A stretch of DNA of 64,000 nt from NCBI GenBank assembly GCA_002438635.1, contig DJPX01000042.1:47192-111191 (forward strand), in the 5' to 3' direction. The notes under the pieces are model-generated. The model did no database searches. It had not been told where the DNA came from and saw nothing but the letters and a program-made list of their open reading frames with translations. The first letter of the stretch is position 1. Every line of letters begins with the position of its first letter. The position numbers and the translations under genes are program-made. Shown here piece after piece: positions 56,138 through 64,000 of this stretch. The stretch comes from Bacteroidales bacterium UBA6401. Its GTDB lineage: Bacteria; Bacteroidota; Bacteroidia; Bacteroidales; UBA932.

Positions 56138-56172
56138 CGAAGAAGGAGTGTTATGGTGGCCATTACTGATGA
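56121..56172 (+). repeat. Right copy of an imperfect inverted repeat (partner at 53972-54024)
   Basis: CAAGGATAGATTTTTTTC-GAAGAAGGAGTGT-TAT-GGTGGC-CATTACTGATGA. Confidence 0.65.
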
Positions 56173-56295
56173 GAAAGGAATATTTTCCAAAAAGATATTT
56201 CGAGATGACGCAAGGTTATAATGTTACTTTAATACATAAATTTGAATAAAGACTGCCTATAAAGGAAACGAACCGATATCAAATACTATTAATAT

Positions 56296-57141
56296 ATGAC
56301 AGAAATTAAATCAGCAAAGGAAACCATCGTCGAAGGTAAAATACGAGAGATAGTGGATGAACTCATCGCACATCACACAGAGGGTGATGATCTTCCTAAG
56401 AGGCTACTTGATATCTTATTGGACAACGATGAGATAAAGGCCATACAAGACTACGCCAATACGGTATCTATTACCCGTTTAGGCTTTAATGATCATGGCC
56501 CTGTTCACATGAAGATGGTATGCCGTAATGCTCTTAAAATGCTTCTCATCCTACACAAAGCAGGAATACAGACAAGCCTTGAAAAGGAAAATGCAGGTAC
56601 CTTTACAGACAGTATCTGTGCTGTCATGATAGCTGCCCTGCTACACGATAGTGGTATGACCATAGGAAGGAAAAATCACGAATTATATTCTGGTATTATT
56701 ACTTTTGGACTGATTGACAGTATTTTAAAAGAAGTACCACCTCTTGATTCCGATGTAAGAAGAAGGGTTATTATTCGCTCGCTTGCCCTCGAAGGAATAA
56801 TTGGCCACATGGGAACAAATCCCATACACTCCATAGAAGCCGGCATCATTCTTATCGCAGATGGATGCGATATGACTAAGGGGCGCGCCCGCATTAACCT
56901 CGAAAGACCATCAAAGCCCGCCGAGGGAGACATTCATAAATACTCTGCCAATTCCATTGAGAAAGTGCGCATCAGCCACGGAGAAGAAAAACCTATCAAA
57001 ATCGAAATTCTAATGAAGTCTGAAGTCGGTTTTTTTCAGGTAGAAGAAGTTCTAATTCCTAAAATAATGTCAAGTCCAGCAAAAGACTTTATCGAGCTCT
57101 ATGCTGGAGTAGAAGGAGAAGAAATGAAAAGGTATAGATAG
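56296..57141 (+). CDS. HD-superfamily metal-dependent phosphohydrolase
   Basis: GFNDHGPVH, LLHDSG, GHMG, ADGCD; own TAAATTTG box at 56237-56244. Confidence 0.85.
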   Translation: MTEIKSAKETIVEGKIREIVDELIAHHTEGDDLPKRLLDILLDNDEIKAIQDYANTVSITRLGFNDHGPVHMKMVCRNALKMLLILHKAGIQTSLEKENAGTFTDSICAVMIAALLHDSGMTIGRKNHELYSGIITFGLIDSILKEVPPLDSDVRRRVIIRSLALEGIIGHMGTNPIHSIEAGIILIADGCDMTKGRARINLERPSKPAEGDIHKYSANSIEKVRISHGEEKPIKIEILMKSEVGFFQVEEVLIPKIMSSPAKDFIELYAGVEGEEMKRYR

Positions 57142-57142
57142 T

Positions 57143-58000
57143 ATGACTTTAGACGAATTAATAGAAAGAGAAATACATTCTTGTGATCATTCCATGAGTA
57201 AACCTCAGATGTGGGAGAGCACAGTTAAACATCTAAATGCCCAATATAACGATGAAACCGCCCTTCGAAAGTTATTCGACAAGTATTATGCTAAAGAGAA
57301 ATATCTGCCTGAAGTGTGCGATAAATTTCTTAATGATGAGCATTATCGGAAAGGGCACATACACATATTGGCATGTAAGCCAGGCACCGAAGTCATAGGA
57401 CTTCATAAGCCTGAAATGCAAAAATTGGCAAAGGAAATCGTTAGACGCGAGGATTGGCATGAATGCATTAAAGACTGGGAAGACTATGCTGGTATTTGTC
57501 CGCTTTCTCATGACGAAAGGAGCATCTGGGGGCTTTGTATTGACTATGCCAAGTGTACACTTTCGGAAAGGCTCGAGATGATGGACAGATTTGTGGAAGT
57601 TATAGATAATTGGGCTATTTGTGATACTTTCTGCTGTAATTCGGATTGGGTTAAAAAGAATAAAAATGAAGTATGGGAACATATTGGGAATTACCTTGAT
57701 TCGGATCAGGAATTCACAAGAAGAGTTGCTATTATCTTGATGCTAAGGCATTATCTTACGGAAGATTACATAGACGCTACATTTAAGCGATTAACACAGA
57801 TGAATCTTCAAGAGGGCGAACCCTACTATGTTAGAATGGGCATCGCTTGGCTTCTTGCCACTGCTCTAGCCAAATCCGAAGAAAAGACAAGGGACTTCGC
57901 ATCCTCATTATCTTCACAGATCCCAAATGACATTAAAAACCTATACGTAAGAAAAGCTCGTGAAAGTTTGATTACAAAGAATGTAAAGGCACTGCGCTAA
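57143..58000 (+). CDS. DNA alkylation repair protein (AlkD-like HEAT repeat)
   Basis: IDNWAICDTFC, SDQEFTRRVA, YYVRMGIAWLLA; 1 nt after the HD gene. Confidence 0.85.
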   Translation: MTLDELIEREIHSCDHSMSKPQMWESTVKHLNAQYNDETALRKLFDKYYAKEKYLPEVCDKFLNDEHYRKGHIHILACKPGTEVIGLHKPEMQKLAKEIVRREDWHECIKDWEDYAGICPLSHDERSIWGLCIDYAKCTLSERLEMMDRFVEVIDNWAICDTFCCNSDWVKKNKNEVWEHIGNYLDSDQEFTRRVAIILMLRHYLTEDYIDATFKRLTQMNLQEGEPYYVRMGIAWLLATALAKSEEKTRDFASSLSSQIPNDIKNLYVRKARESLITKNVKALR

Positions 58001-58020
58001 ATTTTAAGGGATGTTTAACT

Positions 58021-60192
58021 TTATCCTTTGATTATAGAGTCCAACTCCTGAAGAAGTTGTTCAGGTACTGTGTAATTATATTTTTTAAAGATTGCTATCT
58101 CTGTAGATACTTCTTCCAATGATCGTTTTGGGGCTTCCTTTGACGCAGTGGTTTCGATTCCTCTTTTATCATCTATATCAAAATCCTCATCCACACATCC
58201 AGCATCCACCCATTTGAGATAATCTATGTACCATGCAAGGGATAATGTAAGTATATTTCTTCTCTGCTTATTTATTTCAAAGATTGCCAAGTCGCTATCA
58301 AAATCCTGCATATATAATTCCAGAGAATTAATATCATCCATCGAAAGTACGCTTATGTGTTTTGAATTGTACTTGCTCTTGATAATAGAGTCAACATCAT
58401 TCTTAAGGCCATTGACTATCTTTTCAATAGTCCCATTTTCAAAGTGTTTCCGTTCAAGATAATACCGAAACTCACGCTCATTTGTATAGATATAAATATC
58501 TTCTCGAGCAGGGGCTTCAACGAACATCTCTTCATCAGTAGAGGAATGTAGCATCTCAATTTTCTCCTCTCCTTCAGCATAATCATTGATATACACCACA
58601 TTACGTCCTTCTCCTTCTCCAGACATTCCACTAGGTGTATAATCAACCTCTTTACCCTCAAAATGATGACGCCATTTACGACTAGCAGACGGGAATCCAA
58701 ATCTATTATACAAGCCTACATTATCAATAATGATAAGCTTATTCTTTCCATCGGCAGGACGCAAACCTCGACCGACCTGTTGCAGGAACATCGATAAAGA
58801 CTTTGTCGGTCGTGCAAGTTGTATAAACTCTACATCAGGACAGTCGAATCCCTCACTGAATATATTAACATTGCATATGACGTCAATCTTACCATGTCTA
58901 AAATCATTAACCATCTTTTTTCTCTCCTCCACTGGGGTCTTTGAGTCAATAGCAACTGCGCGAACTCCTTTCTCGATATATCTGGAGCAAACATGCACAT
59001 TATGCTCTCTGTTAATGGTATAGACGATTCCTTTCTTTCCTCGGGCGTATCTAAAATATGAGTCAACTATACCGGCACGAATTTCATCTCTATCAATCAC
59101 ATTAAGCATAGCAATATCTAAATAATCGCCATCCAATGCAAATTGAGTAATGCTATTTATACCATGCTGAATCTTTGAATTCGGTTTAATAGAATAATAC
59201 TCGTAGTCACACAGCCATCCTTGTCGAATGAAGTTTAATACTGGTTGAGATGTGATTAAATCTTCAAATTCCGGATGAAAACTTGCGTGATTCATTCTAT
59301 AAGGAGTGGCCGTTACACCAAGTACTTTTGCTTTTGGAAATTCCATAAGAATTTTTTTATAGCTCTCAGCTTTGACGTGATGTGCTTCATCAATGATGAT
59401 TATGTCAAACTCCTTATCTGACCAGTTGGAAAGTCGTCTAGTAAGTGTCGGGACTGAGCCAATCTGCACAGAATATTTTTTCTGCTCGCGATTCTTAGAC
59501 ACTATCAGTCCGTGGGCAAGCCCATATTTTAACCCGATATGCTCATCAATCTGATCAATAAGTTCAATTCTATGCGTAAGTACTAACACCTTTACTACAA
59601 TCTTTTTCGAAGCCCCCCAATCAAATAAATCTCTGATGATAGAAACGAAAAGACGTGTCTTCCCTGTACCTGTAGGCATCTGAAACATAATACTTCGCTT
59701 TTGAATCCACATCTTATAGATTTTCTCTTTGGACTCAATCTGATATGGTCGAAGTTGTGTGTCTTTATATGGATTCAATTCTGCAAAATTGACCTTATGC
59801 TGATTGGCAAATGGTGCCAAATAATTTGCAATTAAGGTCGTGATTATCACCTCAGAGTCTTCCTGGTCACGCATTAAATCAAAAAGATCGTCATCTATTA
59901 AAATTAGAGTTGATGTAATTTGTTTACAAAATGGCTCACTTCCAATATGTTGAAAAGGCATCGAAACGTTACATACAAATGGAGTATTTATCTGTACATA
60001 CCGATGCCAATTCTTATCGTAGTATAATTTCAAAAGACTGTTATTCTCAATTCGTGGCGAGTTTAAAAAGCCGTCTCTAACCAATTCAGTAATGGTTATC
60101 AGAAGAATAGCTTTATGTGGAGCTTTAAAACCTCCGGAAGTGCTTACCTTCAATTTAGAAAACTGACTTATATATGTGGCTAGTGTTGACAT
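58021..60192 (-). CDS. SF2 (ResIII/DEAD-like) helicase with N-terminal SBD-like domain and C-terminal helical domain
   Basis: LRPYQ, MPTGTGKT, DEAHH, TATP, FSEGFDCP, QQVGRGLR; N-terminal KAPHKAILL...MPFQHI. Confidence 0.85.
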   Translation of the reverse strand: MSTLATYISQFSKLKVSTSGGFKAPHKAILLITITELVRDGFLNSPRIENNSLLKLYYDKNWHRYVQINTPFVCNVSMPFQHIGSEPFCKQITSTLILIDDDLFDLMRDQEDSEVIITTLIANYLAPFANQHKVNFAELNPYKDTQLRPYQIESKEKIYKMWIQKRSIMFQMPTGTGKTRLFVSIIRDLFDWGASKKIVVKVLVLTHRIELIDQIDEHIGLKYGLAHGLIVSKNREQKKYSVQIGSVPTLTRRLSNWSDKEFDIIIIDEAHHVKAESYKKILMEFPKAKVLGVTATPYRMNHASFHPEFEDLITSQPVLNFIRQGWLCDYEYYSIKPNSKIQHGINSITQFALDGDYLDIAMLNVIDRDEIRAGIVDSYFRYARGKKGIVYTINREHNVHVCSRYIEKGVRAVAIDSKTPVEERKKMVNDFRHGKIDVICNVNIFSEGFDCPDVEFIQLARPTKSLSMFLQQVGRGLRPADGKNKLIIIDNVGLYNRFGFPSASRKWRHHFEGKEVDYTPSGMSGEGEGRNVVYINDYAEGEEKIEMLHSSTDEEMFVEAPAREDIYIYTNEREFRYYLERKHFENGTIEKIVNGLKNDVDSIIKSKYNSKHISVLSMDDINSLELYMQDFDSDLAIFEINKQRRNILTLSLAWYIDYLKWVDAGCVDEDFDIDDKRGIETTASKEAPKRSLEEVSTEIAIFKKYNYTVPEQLLQELDSIIKG

Positions 60193-60470
60193 ATTATACT
60201 ACCTGCTATTATTTTAGGTTAAGTATTATTTTACATACTCTTCCAATTTTAGATATTATAGTTTTGAATCACAATTCATATTTTAAATTTGTCCCCATCT
60301 AAACAGAGCACGCGCTTAAACAGAAAATAGCAAAAACAAGTTGCCGTTCACCGCCTTGCATTTATTTCCGACCCCAGAAACAAACTCCGACATGAATGGC
60401 GAAGGCTTCTAAAGGTCATAGAGAACATAGTTGCATTTCTTCGTCCGGGAGCTACGGCAGCATCCGTTCT

Positions 60471-61775
60471 TTAGACGGAGATGAACATGCTCATATAGAA
60501 AGGCAGATAGAGAGTTCCTTTTTCTGATTCAACATTGTTTCCGCTTATTACTATCCTGCGATTTATCTTTTCAGCGAAAAGGCTTTGAGCCATATCCAGA
60601 GATGAATGTTTTTTGTACTCTTTACCGGATTTCACTTCTATAATGGAGATTTTATTGTCCTCGGGGAATACAAAGTCAAGTTCATGTTTGCTTTTTCTGT
60701 CATAATAGTTCAATGATATGCCATGCTTGGTCAATTCACCAGCTATATAGTTTTCGGCAAGAGCTCCTTCATTGACAAAAATATCACCGGTCAGTACCTT
60801 GGTTTGTATATTGTTGAGCATCATGGCACACATCAGCCCGATGTCAACAAAGAAGAGTTTGTACAGCCTTAGATTTTCGTGCCCAGGGAATGGCAATTCA
60901 AATGAGCCGACATTGAAAGAATAGTATGCCAGGCCTGCATCTACCAGCCATTGTGTTGGTTCTCCATATTTACGATGCGAGGCATTCTTCTCTATTGATG
61001 CGAGAATAAATCGCTTGTCTTGTTTGCTCAACTGTCCAGGAATGGCATCAAATACTGATTTTACTAGCATTTTGTCTTTCCCTGCGTATTTGGATATGTC
61101 GTTACGATAACCGGTGAGGATGTCCTTCTGGTTAGTGATGGTTTTATTGAAATCCTCATTGGCAAGATATGTTGCCACCACTTCAGGCATGCCCCCGACA
61201 ATTAGGTATTGGCGATAGCGCTCCATTATCTGCTGATGGAGGAAATCAGGCACGGGACACAGATTCTCATAGCACTCCCTCAATATACCTATGACATCTT
61301 CCCTGATGTTGCAGGCCCACAAAAATTCCTCAAAGTCAAGAGGGAACATGTCCAATTCGTGCTCGAATCCTACTGGGTAAGACGATACGTCCCCATAGTT
61401 TATGCCGAGCAATGAGCCTGATTCTATATAGTCATATTGTCCGTCCTCCACCAAGAATTTTATAGCTGTTCTTGCTTTGGGGCATGATTGTATTTCATCG
61501 AAAAATATCAGAGTGTTGCCTGGCTCCAATGGCCCGAATCCCATAGCCGACAGGTTTATAAGGATGCTTCGGGCATCAAGATTGCCATCGAATGCCTGTT
61601 TTGCCATGGGCATTTGTTCAAAGTTTACTTCTATGAAATTCTTGTAATTCTCTTTAGCGAATTGTCGAACGATAGTGGTCTTTCCAACCTGTCGTGCGCC
61701 TTTAATTAGAAGAGCTTTGTTTGCAGTGTCGTTCTTCCATTTAATTAATTCGCTGATAATCTTTCTGTTGAACAT
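60471..61775 (-). CDS. AAA_14 ATPase with DUF4143 / PD-(D/E)xK-like C-terminus
   Basis: GARQVGKT, FFDEIQ, SGSLLG, MFPLDFEEFL, VGGMPE, KLFFVDIGL, ELDFV..IIEVKSG. Start set at ATG 61775. Confidence 0.9.
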   Translation of the reverse strand: MFNRKIISELIKWKNDTANKALLIKGARQVGKTTIVRQFAKENYKNFIEVNFEQMPMAKQAFDGNLDARSILINLSAMGFGPLEPGNTLIFFDEIQSCPKARTAIKFLVEDGQYDYIESGSLLGINYGDVSSYPVGFEHELDMFPLDFEEFLWACNIREDVIGILRECYENLCPVPDFLHQQIMERYRQYLIVGGMPEVVATYLANEDFNKTITNQKDILTGYRNDISKYAGKDKMLVKSVFDAIPGQLSKQDKRFILASIEKNASHRKYGEPTQWLVDAGLAYYSFNVGSFELPFPGHENLRLYKLFFVDIGLMCAMMLNNIQTKVLTGDIFVNEGALAENYIAGELTKHGISLNYYDRKSKHELDFVFPEDNKISIIEVKSGKEYKKHSSLDMAQSLFAEKINRRIVISGNNVESEKGTLYLPFYMSMFISV

Positions 61776-61780
61776 ATTCT

Positions 61781-61860
61781 TGCAGCTTTTTGCCGGTATT
61801 TTATACACAAAATTACAACTTTTTGCCAATAAAATAGCTTACCTCATACAACTTTTTGTT
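61781..61860. repeat. Three 14-bp direct repeats at exact 33-bp period over the AAA gene promoter
   Basis: TGCAGCTTTTTGCC (61781), TACAACTTTTTGCC (61814), TACAACTTTTTGTT (61847); minus-strand TAATTTTG box at 61808-61815. Confidence 0.75.
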
Positions 61861-62023
61861 CTTTAGGGTCTACTTTTTGTACCAGACGCAAAAAGTAGTC
61901 GCGACTGGTACATGCGTATTAATTTCCACATGTGGCTTTATTTTCCGTCTCTCCTATTATAGCTATAATACAATTCAACTAACCACCACTTATCATCTTT
62001 CTATCTAATTAGATTATATATAA

Positions 62024-62557
62024 TTAATCCATGTTCACGATTTTATTTATTTCTTCCGATTTTATCGTTGTAAAAACATGTCCAAGTATCCCGAAGGATA
62101 CCTTGACATTCTTTCCGTCAATTCGAACATATCCCACACTAAAGACAAAGTAGTCCTTTGTAAAGACCTTTGTTTTTATAATGCTCAAAATAGACTCATC
62201 CATCCCGAACATTTTAGAAAACATCAGCATATAAGCCATATCGTCATCGTCTTCATTGTTATCTGACATTGTAGCCATGACCACTTCGACGAACTTCTCT
62301 TTGTGCTTCGATGAATTCGGGCAAGTAAGGACCATAATGAAAACTAAGGCAGAGATTACACCTAATAATGTTAAAGACACTTTCTTTTTGTGCTTTCTCT
62401 TAGTTTCTATATACTTATCAACAGCCTTCTGAAATTCTTCTTCAGCTTCATCTTCTGTAGCTCCAGAATAGGACACTTCTTCACAAATATCTTTTATATG
62501 TCCTTCAAAATGATCGCCCTTCTTTCGAAGGTGTCCATAATAACCTCTATAATACAT
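62024..62557 (-). CDS. HicB-like domain + TM helix + DUF4359-like domain fusion protein
   Basis: N-terminus YRGYYG..FEGHIKDI.EEVSYSGAT.DEAEEEFQKAVDKYIE; TM; LTCPNSSKHKE ... DYFVFSVG ... FGILGHVF. Confidence 0.6.
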   Translation of the reverse strand: MYYRGYYGHLRKKGDHFEGHIKDICEEVSYSGATEDEAEEEFQKAVDKYIETKRKHKKKVSLTLLGVISALVFIMVLTCPNSSKHKEKFVEVVMATMSDNNEDDDDMAYMLMFSKMFGMDESILSIIKTKVFTKDYFVFSVGYVRIDGKNVKVSFGILGHVFTTIKSEEINKIVNMD

Positions 62558-62606
62558 AATTAGTAAATAAATCTTTTATGTCCAGCCTTAAATAAAGTCG
62601 AAAAGA

Positions 62607-62954
62607 TCATTTTCTCAATAACGTTATGCCTTCTATTTCCATTGAAATAAAATCTTTATCAACAACACCACGCAAAACATCATCGAATCCATCTATGGTT
62701 ATATACACGTCTGGATAGTGATATTCATATGTCCCCTTCCGAGTAACAGGAGCATATTTTGACGAAACCATTTCCACAGTCATAAACAAAGTCTCAGAGT
62801 AAAACTTAAGATCAATATTAAAAGAAGAACCATCTTGAGTAAATCCACCTCCATACCATTCTGTTCCATCGAGTGTGTTACGCAGTGATTTGCTACAATT
62901 AGTAAAAGAAAATAATAATAGAATTATAGCAAATAATTTAATTACACGATTCAT
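62607..62954 (-). CDS. Hypothetical lipoprotein (lipocalin-like beta fold possible)
   Basis: Signal peptide ending FTNC; LDGTEW, GTYEY.YP motifs. Confidence 0.6.
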   Translation of the reverse strand: MNRVIKLFAIILLLFSFTNCSKSLRNTLDGTEWYGGGFTQDGSSFNIDLKFYSETLFMTVEMVSSKYAPVTRKGTYEYHYPDVYITIDGFDDVLRGVVDKDFISMEIEGITLLRK

Positions 62955-63022
62955 ATTTGATTATTAGTTAGTTATTATTTTAAAAATTGTAATCACTTTC
63001 TATTAGTCATTATACTTTATGG

Positions 63023-63544
63023 CTATTTAACTTTTCGATTGATTTCCTTCAGTGATATGGATATATTAGCCAATACTTTCATTATCGACCAATTAACTAT
63101 TGACATAATTAGAATAACAACGCCCAAACAAAGGCCATAAAGCAAAAAACCATCAATAGAGAATCCAACACATAATAAAATTATAAAAATTATTATTCCA
63201 CATACTAATTCTACCATTGCAGTATTATTTAGCGCATTTTCTGCTCCAATATTTTCTATTGAAGAATCAGATGTCGTTTGCTCGCCAATGTCTTTTATCA
63301 ACTTACTGTACTTTAAGACTTCAGCATACTCTTCATCCGATACCTCAATCGGAACCTGCTTTAGTCCATAGTATTTTTGTTTTTCGACATCCCATTTCTG
63401 ACAATCCACTGTCCACCTATCTGAAAAAGTCACCATTTTTTTACATATCCCAGCAGATAACAAAACTTTAGCTTTCTCTTCTAAATTATACTCTTCTATG
63501 AGTTGCTTTGACTTTTCAATAAAATCCTGTACTTCCTGATTCAT
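63023..63544 (-). CDS. Hypothetical membrane protein (soluble N-terminus, two TMs, coiled C-tail)
   Basis: 173 aa ORF; hydrophobic LVCGIIIFIILLCVGF and LLYGLCLGVVILIMSIV. Confidence 0.65.
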   Translation of the reverse strand: MNQEVQDFIEKSKQLIEEYNLEEKAKVLLSAGICKKMVTFSDRWTVDCQKWDVEKQKYYGLKQVPIEVSDEEYAEVLKYSKLIKDIGEQTTSDSSIENIGAENALNNTAMVELVCGIIIFIILLCVGFSIDGFLLYGLCLGVVILIMSIVNWSIMKVLANISISLKEINRKVK

Positions 63545-63628
63545 AATTATTGATTATTAGTTTTAAAATTTACAAAAATTCAAATTAAAAGATATTAAGA
63601 AACAAGTATCGTTTTACCATACAACATT

Positions 63629-64000
63629 CTATAGTATCATTTTCATCCCAACTGGGTTTTCACTCTGTTTGTTATCCTCGTTAAGACTTTCCATTAATTC
63701 GACATAATCTTCGAACGGCATATAAACTGGAACAGTTTTAGCCACATTTTTTACTGTTATATAACGATAAGTGTCAACCAAAACGAATGTTCCGTAAATC
63801 GGCAATCCATCGTAAAGAAGCTTATCCTTAATTATTACCTTAACCACATTAAAGTTTGCATCTGTACACAATGCAGAATTCTCATCTAACGTTTGCAAAA
63901 CTTTAAGCGAAAGATACTCCTTAGGGACATTACTATATTTAGAATACATCCTCGTCTGAACTGAACACGAGCACAGACAAGCTAAAACCACTACAAATGT
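63629..64000 (-). CDS. Hypothetical lipoprotein (5' truncated by window edge)
   Basis: Frame open to 64000; lipobox LCSC; KVLQTL..ALC, YRYITV..KTVPV. Confidence 0.6.
   Translation of the reverse strand, partial: TFVVVLACLCSCSVQTRMYSKYSNVPKEYLSLKVLQTLDENSALCTDANFNVVKVIIKDKLLYDGLPIYGTFVLVDTYRYITVKNVAKTVPVYMPFEDYVELMESLNEDNKQSENPVGMKMIL

Noticed and set aside
60300..60402. 8-bp direct repeat TAAACAGA and a 10-bp long-loop stem as an IS footprint
   Set aside because: Short, no terminal inverted repeats or transposase; compatible with chance.
61781..61860. Mini CRISPR array
   Set aside because: Repeats of 14 bp and spacers of 19 bp are too short; no cas genes.
58021..64000. Prophage or ICE call for the right end
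   Set aside because: No integrase, relaxase, structural genes or att site within the window.

Overview
Chromosomal segment of a Bacteroidota bacterium, probably Bacteroidales (SusC/SusD pairs, TAnnTTTG -7 promoter boxes, NigD/ECF locus, Rho with a long N-terminal insert). From left to right: two tandem AcrB-type RND permeases (first truncated by the window edge); a complete beta-1,2-glucan-type PUL (GH144, SusC, SusD, LamG lipoprotein, GH144, GH3) with a divergent membrane-bound LuxR-type regulator; a long core block (asd, GT4, NigD/ECF/beta-barrel anti-sigma, ligA, rel, ispG, cdsA, ftsH, rsfS, birA, rpe, pepD, dnaA, amidase, lptD, rho, GT2, CBM9-like, YitT); an orphan SusC/SusD pair; and an accessory-looking right end from about 54 kb. 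The most notable observations are all in that right end: (1) an SF2 helicase with an N-terminal domain resembling the phosphorothioate sulfur-binding domain (SBD), a C-terminal helical domain and no nuclease of its own, just downstream of an AAA/DUF4143 PD-(D/E)xK gene; (2) a roughly 110-nt structured non-coding unit with its own promoter and terminator; (3) an imperfect inverted repeat pair bracketing a 2.1-kb segment; (4) a HicB-like domain fused to a membrane-anchored DUF4359-like domain. No rRNA, tRNA, CRISPR array, integrase or transposase was recognised. All family calls come from motif recognition by eye, not from database searches.
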